Below the pieces are notes generated by a model. That model was not told the DNA's origin, did no database searches, and saw nothing but the letters and a program-made list of their open reading frames with translations. From assembly GCA_017616475.1 (NCBI GenBank), contig JAFZYD010000085.1, positions 1 through 58,384 on the forward strand: 58,384 bases of DNA, read 5' to 3'. Both the position numbers and the translations under genes were made by a program. Origin of the DNA: Bacteroidales bacterium. Its GTDB lineage: Bacteria; Bacteroidota; Bacteroidia; Bacteroidales; UBA932. Positions 53,874 to 58,384 of this stretch are shown piece after piece; within the stretch, counting starts at the first letter, position 1, and every line of letters begins with the position of its first letter.

Positions 53874-54653
53874 CTACCAGTTCTTCTCTTTCTGGCGGGT
53901 TTTCAAAGCGGCCGCCTTTTCTTTATTGACCTTGTCCTGGGTCTCGTTTTCCTTGGCCTGGATGGCCTGCAGCATCTGCTCCGCCGCGTCCGGGCTTATC
54001 TTGGGCTGCGGCTGGTCCTGGGCAGGGGGCTGCTGGTTGTCCTGATTCTGGTCTTGGTTCTGATCCTGATTCTGGTCGTTATCCTTGTTCTGGTCGTCGT
54101 TCTGGTCTTTATTCTGGTCCTGGTTATCCTGGTTCTGATCTTGGTTCTGGTCCTGATTCTGATCCTGGTTGTCCTGGCTTTGGTCGTTCTGCTGATCCTG
54201 GTTCTGGTCCTGTTGCTGCTGTTCGTTCTCCAGCATCTTCTGGGCGTAAGCCAGGTTGCTCTTGGCATCCATATCGCCGGGGTTGCGGCGCAGGGAGTTC
54301 TTGAAAGCCTCCACCGCCTCGCCCCACTTGCGCTGCTGCAGATATATGTCTCCGGCGTTGAAATATGCATCGGCGGCGCGGCTGCTGCGGGACAAGCTGT
54401 CCAGAGAAGCGTTCATAAACTTCTCCGCCTCCGTGTAATTCTCAATTCTGTAAAGGTCGTTACCCAGGTTGTACTGCGCCGCCACGGAGGTAGAATCCTT
54501 AAGCAGCGCCTTTTTATAGTCGACTTCAGCCCGGTAGAACTCCCCCTTGCGGAAGTTGCGGTTGCCGCTGCGCACCTCGCGCCGGTCCACCTGCGCAAAG
54601 GCCTGCGAAGCGGCCGTCAGTGCCAGAAGCGCTATTACTATTATCCTTTTCAT
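53874..54653 (-). CDS. batC: BatC (TPR protein) with a long Gln/Asp/Asn low-complexity insert
   Basis: Signal peptide and TPR repeats (YNLGNDLYRIENYTEAEKFM, YFNAGDIYLQQRKWGEAVEAFKNSLRRNP). Its position is between batB and batD. Confidence 0.8.
   Translation of the reverse strand: MKRIIVIALLALTAASQAFAQVDRREVRSGNRNFRKGEFYRAEVDYKKALLKDSTSVAAQYNLGNDLYRIENYTEAEKFMNASLDSLSRSSRAADAYFNAGDIYLQQRKWGEAVEAFKNSLRRNPGDMDAKSNLAYAQKMLENEQQQQDQNQDQQNDQSQDNQDQNQDQNQDQNQDNQDQNKDQNDDQNKDNDQNQDQNQDQNQDNQQPPAQDQPQPKISPDAAEQMLQAIQAKENETQDKVNKEKAAALKTRQKEKNW
54000..54221. repeat. Imperfect hexanucleotide (CTGGTY/CTGATY) coding repeat giving (QDQN)n low complexity in BatC
   Basis: Residues 145-218 read QQQQDQNQDQQNDQSQDNQDQNQDQNQDQNQDNQDQNKDQNDDQNKDNDQNQDQNQDQNQDNQQPPAQDQPQPK. 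Confidence 0.85.
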
Positions 54654-54664
54654 TTTGCTCTCTC

Positions 54665-55666
54665 CTATTTGAACAACTTCACGCGGCTGCGGCGCTCGCC
54701 CACCAACATCTCCAGTATAAAGAAGAGCAGGGCGATGCCGAAAAAGTACATATATTGTTCGTCAAAATCTTCAAACACAACCGATTGCAGCTTGGAAGCC
54801 TCAATGGTGCGGATGTTCTCTATAATCGGGTTCAGGCCGAACTCGCCCGCCGCGGCGCGCACATACTCGCCGTTTCCGGCCGAGGCAATTTCGCGAAGAG
54901 TCTGCTCATTGAGACGGGTAACCACAATGTTGCCGTCTTTGTCGCGCAGCATATCGCCCCCCATAGGGATGGGTTCGCCCTTGGTGGAGCCGACTCCTAT
55001 GCAATAGATACGGATACCCTCCTGGGCGATGCTCTCCGCCGTCTCCAGCACATCGCCTTCGTGGTCCTCGCCGTCCGATATCACTATTATCGCGCGGCTC
55101 TTCTCGCTCTGGGAACTGAAGCTGCGGGCGCAGGTCACAAGGGCCTCTGCAGTCGCAGTGCCCTGGATGGGTATCGATTCGGTGTTTATGCTGTTAAGGA
55201 AGGCCTTGGCCGATACATAATCGGTTGTGATAGGGAGCTGCACAAAGCTTTCGCCAGCGAACAGCACCAGGCCGATGCGGTCGCCGGCAAGCTTGTCCAC
55301 CAGCCGCGAAATGGCCAGCTTGGCGCGCTCCAGGCGGTTGGGGGAATAATCCTGCGCCAGCATCGAATTGGAGACGTCCAGCGCAATCATAATTTCCACG
55401 CCGTTGGTCTCGCGCTCCTGCAGGCGGGCGCCCAGCTGCGGGCGGCAGAGCCCCAGCACAAAGAAGAAGAACGCCAGCGAAAAGAAGGAAACCTTAAGCC
55501 ACCCTTTGGAACGGGACACTTCGGGCATAAGCTTCTTTACCAGCGCGGGGTCGCCGAGGCGGGACGCACGGGCCTTCTGCCTCTTGAGATACCACCAATA
55601 CCCCAGGAAAAAGAGGGGAATGAGCAGCCACAGCAGCAAATATTGGGGTTGAGCTATGTGTATCAT
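54665..55666 (-). CDS. batB: BatB, von Willebrand factor A domain membrane protein
   Basis: N-terminal TM pair plus a VWA MIDAS motif (IALDVSNSM). Its operon position is after batA. Confidence 0.88.
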   Translation of the reverse strand: MIHIAQPQYLLLWLLIPLFFLGYWWYLKRQKARASRLGDPALVKKLMPEVSRSKGWLKVSFFSLAFFFFVLGLCRPQLGARLQERETNGVEIMIALDVSNSMLAQDYSPNRLERAKLAISRLVDKLAGDRIGLVLFAGESFVQLPITTDYVSAKAFLNSINTESIPIQGTATAEALVTCARSFSSQSEKSRAIIVISDGEDHEGDVLETAESIAQEGIRIYCIGVGSTKGEPIPMGGDMLRDKDGNIVVTRLNEQTLREIASAGNGEYVRAAAGEFGLNPIIENIRTIEASKLQSVVFEDFDEQYMYFFGIALLFFILEMLVGERRSRVKLFK

Positions 55667-55667
55667 A

Positions 55668-56654
55668 TTACGGCAACCTCCTTATTATTACAAACTTGAA
55701 CAGCAACTCCAGCAGTAGCGCGGCCAACGCCAGCAGGGCGTAGGTCATAAACTTCTCCGAATAGATTGGGAAGCTGTCCACCGTGGTGCGGTTCTTTTCC
55801 ATCTGGTTGATTTCGCCGTATATCTCCATCAGCTTGGTATTGTCCGTAGCGCGGAAATACTTTCCGCCGGTGGTTTCGGCTATCTTTTTGAGCAGCGGTT
55901 CGTCTATCTCCACCTTCATATTCTGAACCTGGATACCCCAGGGTGTCTGCACCGGGTAAGGCGCCTCACCCATTGCCCCGACACCGATGGTGTAGACGCG
56001 AATGCCGTAGGTCTTGGCAATCTCCGCCGCCGTCTCGGGAGCAATTTCGCCGCGGTTGTTCACGCCGTCGGTGAGCAGAATCACCACGCGGCTCTTTGCG
56101 TCGGAATCTTTGAGGCGCGCCACGGCGGTGGCCAGGCCGTTGCCAATGGCTGTGCCGTCCTCAATAAGGCCCGTGGTCACCTCCTTCATCATATTGATTA
56201 AGGTGATGCGGTCTGTGGTAACGGGACACTGGGTGTAGCTCTCACCCGCGAACACCACAATGCCTATGCGGTCCGTAGGGCGGCTGGCAATGAACTCTAC
56301 GGCGATATCTTTTGCAGCGCCAATGCGGTCCGGCTTGAAGTCGCGGGCCAGCATAGATGTGGAAACGTCCATATCCAGCACTATGTCGATTCCCTCGGTG
56401 TCTACCTTTTCAAAGTTTTTGGAGTCGCGAGGACGGGCGATGGCCACTATCAGCAGCGCCAGGGCAGCCAGCCGCAGCACAAACGGGACGTGGCGCAGGT
56501 AGCGCTTGAACCAGGAGGGCTTGTAGCTCCACTGCTTGAGGTTGCTCACCTGCAGTGCCGGGGCGCGCCCCTTTATCTCCCTGAATATGTAGAGGGCTAT
56601 CAGGGGAATTAGCAGCAACTCCAGCCAAAGCAGTTTGGGATATTCAAAAAACAT
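55668..56654 (-). CDS. batA: BatA, von Willebrand factor A domain membrane protein
   Basis: MFFEYPKLLWLELLLIPLIALYIF N-terminus, VWA MIDAS motif (LDMDVSTSM), and a C-terminal TM helix. Confidence 0.88.
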   Translation of the reverse strand: MFFEYPKLLWLELLLIPLIALYIFREIKGRAPALQVSNLKQWSYKPSWFKRYLRHVPFVLRLAALALLIVAIARPRDSKNFEKVDTEGIDIVLDMDVSTSMLARDFKPDRIGAAKDIAVEFIASRPTDRIGIVVFAGESYTQCPVTTDRITLINMMKEVTTGLIEDGTAIGNGLATAVARLKDSDAKSRVVILLTDGVNNRGEIAPETAAEIAKTYGIRVYTIGVGAMGEAPYPVQTPWGIQVQNMKVEIDEPLLKKIAETTGGKYFRATDNTKLMEIYGEINQMEKNRTTVDSFPIYSEKFMTYALLALAALLLELLFKFVIIRRLP

Positions 56655-56655
56655 A

Positions 56656-57597
56656 TTACTTATCCTCCTTCTCCTCGTCTATTTCTTTCATATAGGTGGC
56701 GTTAACAAAGCGGACGGCATCCGGAATGACCTCCTCGTTCTCCTCTGCGCCGGCTTCGTATTTGGCGAATTTCACCAGGTCGGCGGTAGAGAACAACTGC
56801 TCCATATTTTCGTATAGCTTCTCCTCTATATCCTGCTTCTTGAGGTCGGCAAGCATCTCCTTGGAGGGGCGCTCCAGGGCCACGATGCCGTAACGGTCTG
56901 CAATGTAGACGCGCAGGGCGTCGGTCACCTCGGTGTAGAACTGCTTCTGCTTGTTGTTCTGCCACAGCTTCTGTTTGCGAATCTTATCCAGGGCCCGCAG
57001 CGCCACTATGTGCGGCGGATCCTTCACAATCGGGCGCCCCAGGAAGGTGCGGTTTTCGCGGCGCATCTTTATAAAGCGCACCAGCGCATAGATGAGCGCG
57101 GCCAGCAGCAAAGCCAGCAGCAGCCACGGCAGCACCTCCTTGAATTTGACGGGGTACTTTATCTGCCCCTTGATGTCCTTAATCACGTAGGTGGCGGTAT
57201 CGATGGGGATGGTGGTCACCTCCAGCGTGGGGCCGTCCATATAGAGCGTGTCCACGTCGCCGCCCGCGTGCTCAATCATAGCAATCAGCGGCGGCAGATA
57301 GTAGCTGCCGGAGTCAAAGCTGGTGAGAATCACCCGCCCCTCAATTTTGAGCTCCTTTCGGTTGCTGGCCACAGTATCTATCTGGATGGGCTTTATAATC
57401 TCCACACCGGGTGCCGGCGGGTTGTCTATATCTTCCAGGAAGAATTTCTCGCCCGGGGCCATTTCGAGGGGGATTATCCACTCTATCTGGTCGCCTATCA
57501 ATATGGTGTCACGGCTCAGCCGGGTCGCGCCCCGCTCCATTTGGGCGGCGCACGGCAGCGAAAGCAAGACAGCCGCTATGAGCATTAATCTTCTCAT
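56656..57597 (-). CDS. Bat-operon membrane protein of unknown function
   Basis: Signal peptide and a central TM helix (LPWLLLALLLAALIYALVRFI). It is tightly coupled to its neighbours, with a 1-nt gap to batA and an ATGA overlap with the DUF58 gene. Confidence 0.7.
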   Translation of the reverse strand: MRRLMLIAAVLLSLPCAAQMERGATRLSRDTILIGDQIEWIIPLEMAPGEKFFLEDIDNPPAPGVEIIKPIQIDTVASNRKELKIEGRVILTSFDSGSYYLPPLIAMIEHAGGDVDTLYMDGPTLEVTTIPIDTATYVIKDIKGQIKYPVKFKEVLPWLLLALLLAALIYALVRFIKMRRENRTFLGRPIVKDPPHIVALRALDKIRKQKLWQNNKQKQFYTEVTDALRVYIADRYGIVALERPSKEMLADLKKQDIEEKLYENMEQLFSTADLVKFAKYEAGAEENEEVIPDAVRFVNATYMKEIDEEKEDK

Positions 57598-58384
57598 TTC
57601 AAACCTCTGCTATTAAAGAAACTGGTGAGCCCCTTCACATAATCTTGGTCCGTGGCGATGCTCACGTTGTCTATACGATATTTCTGAAGCACCCCGCGGC
57701 ACTCCTCTTCGAACGTGCGGGCCCGTTTTTCGTAGGCCTTGCGCATTGCGCGGGACGATGTGTCCACCCACTCGGTAGCGCCCGTTTCGGCGTCACGCAC
57801 CCGCACCAGCCCGATATCCGGGAGTTGCTTTTCCCGTTTGTCATAGATGTTGATTACGGATATGTCGTGCCGGTTGGCGGCAATCTTGAGGGCATCTTCG
57901 AACCGCAGGTGGCCTTCGGCGTCGGTATCCATCAAATCGGACAGGACAAACGCCGTGCAGCGCTTCTTGAGGGCGTTGGTGAGGTAGTGCAGCGCCTCGC
58001 CCACGTCGGTGGCCTGGTTCTCCGGGGTGAATTCCACCAACTCGCGGATAATGTGCAGCAAGTGGCTGCGCCCCTTCTTGGGCGGGATGAACTTCTCCAC
58101 TTTGTCACTGAAGAAGAGCGCCCCGACCTTGTCGTTGTTGATGGAGGCGGAGAACGACAGTACGGCCGCAACCTCGGTAATCATATCTTTCTTGGACTGC
58201 ACCGTCGTGCCGAACGCGCGCGAGCCGCTCACGTCTATTAGCAGCATCACGGTGAGTTCGCGCTCCTCTTCGAACACCTTGACGTAGGGCGAGCGCAGCC
58301 GGGCGGTGACATTCCAGTCCATATTGCGCACGTCGTCGCCATATTGGTACTCACGCACCTCGGAAAAGGTCATACCGCGCCCTT
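57594..58384 (-). CDS. DUF58 (MoxR-associated VWA-like) protein, N-terminus truncated by the window edge
   Basis: Family motif EVREYQYGDDVRNMDWN and VWA-like LLIDVSGS are present. The reading frame stays open to the window end (KGRG precedes the first Met). Confidence 0.85.
   Translation of the reverse strand, partial: GRGMTFSEVREYQYGDDVRNMDWNVTARLRSPYVKVFEEERELTVMLLIDVSGSRAFGTTVQSKKDMITEVAAVLSFSASINNDKVGALFFSDKVEKFIPPKKGRSHLLHIIRELVEFTPENQATDVGEALHYLTNALKKRCTAFVLSDLMDTDAEGHLRFEDALKIAANRHDISVINIYDKREKQLPDIGLVRVRDAETGATEWVDTSSRAMRKAYEKRARTFEEECRGVLQKYRIDNVSIATDQDYVKGLTSFFNSRGLK

Noticed and set aside
1-58384. rRNA, tRNA, tmRNA, integrase, transposase, reverse-transcriptase or phage structural genes.
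   Set aside because: None was recognised on either strand. No conserved tRNA T-arm consensus (GGTTCGAATCC-like) was seen in the intergenic regions, and no ORF has recombinase or RT motifs. A tRNAscan/Infernal run would be needed for certainty.

Overview
High-GC chromosomal segment that looks like Bacteroidota, probably Bacteroidales. The evidence is a Bat aerotolerance operon, many lipobox or Tat-leader proteins, and TAnnTTTG -7 promoter boxes. No rRNA, tRNA, CRISPR array, transposase or integrase was seen. Most of the window is core: proCBA, purB, tpiA, polA, rsmG, rpmH, rluD, ruvC, serS, rplU-rpmA, DPP III, OMPLA, an M16 peptidase, and DUF58-batABC-batD/E. Five regions deserve follow-up. 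(1) 44.5-51.2 kb holds a visibly AT-rich MboI/DpnII-type GATC restriction-modification cassette in the order M-R-M. An appended TM-NERD-zinc-ribbon nuclease gene follows it, and the whole cassette sits between the arms of a ~225-bp imperfect inverted repeat. Structured repeats come next, then an orphan 725-aa protein (GT-A fold, two TM helices, unknown C-terminal domain) whose stop abuts the Bat operon. This is the best candidate for an undescribed defence-type module. (2) 30.7-34.1 kb has a fused OlsF-type aminolipid acyltransferase translationally coupled to a 2x LAB_N membrane domain fused to a CtlX/amidinotransferase-fold enzyme. (3) 5.8-12.3 kb is a minus-strand operon: GH78 rhamnosidase, a NapC/NirT tetrahaem cytochrome fused to an FGE-sulfatase domain, a Tat Gfo/Idh/MocA oxidoreductase, and a TIM-barrel isomerase. 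(4) 0.1-3.0 kb pairs a NapH-NapG-like fused polyferredoxin with a Tat Fe-S aldo/keto reductase. (5) 39.6-44.5 kb carries three tandem paralogous lipoproteins with QW-like motifs. All family assignments rest on motifs read by eye, and no database search was run.
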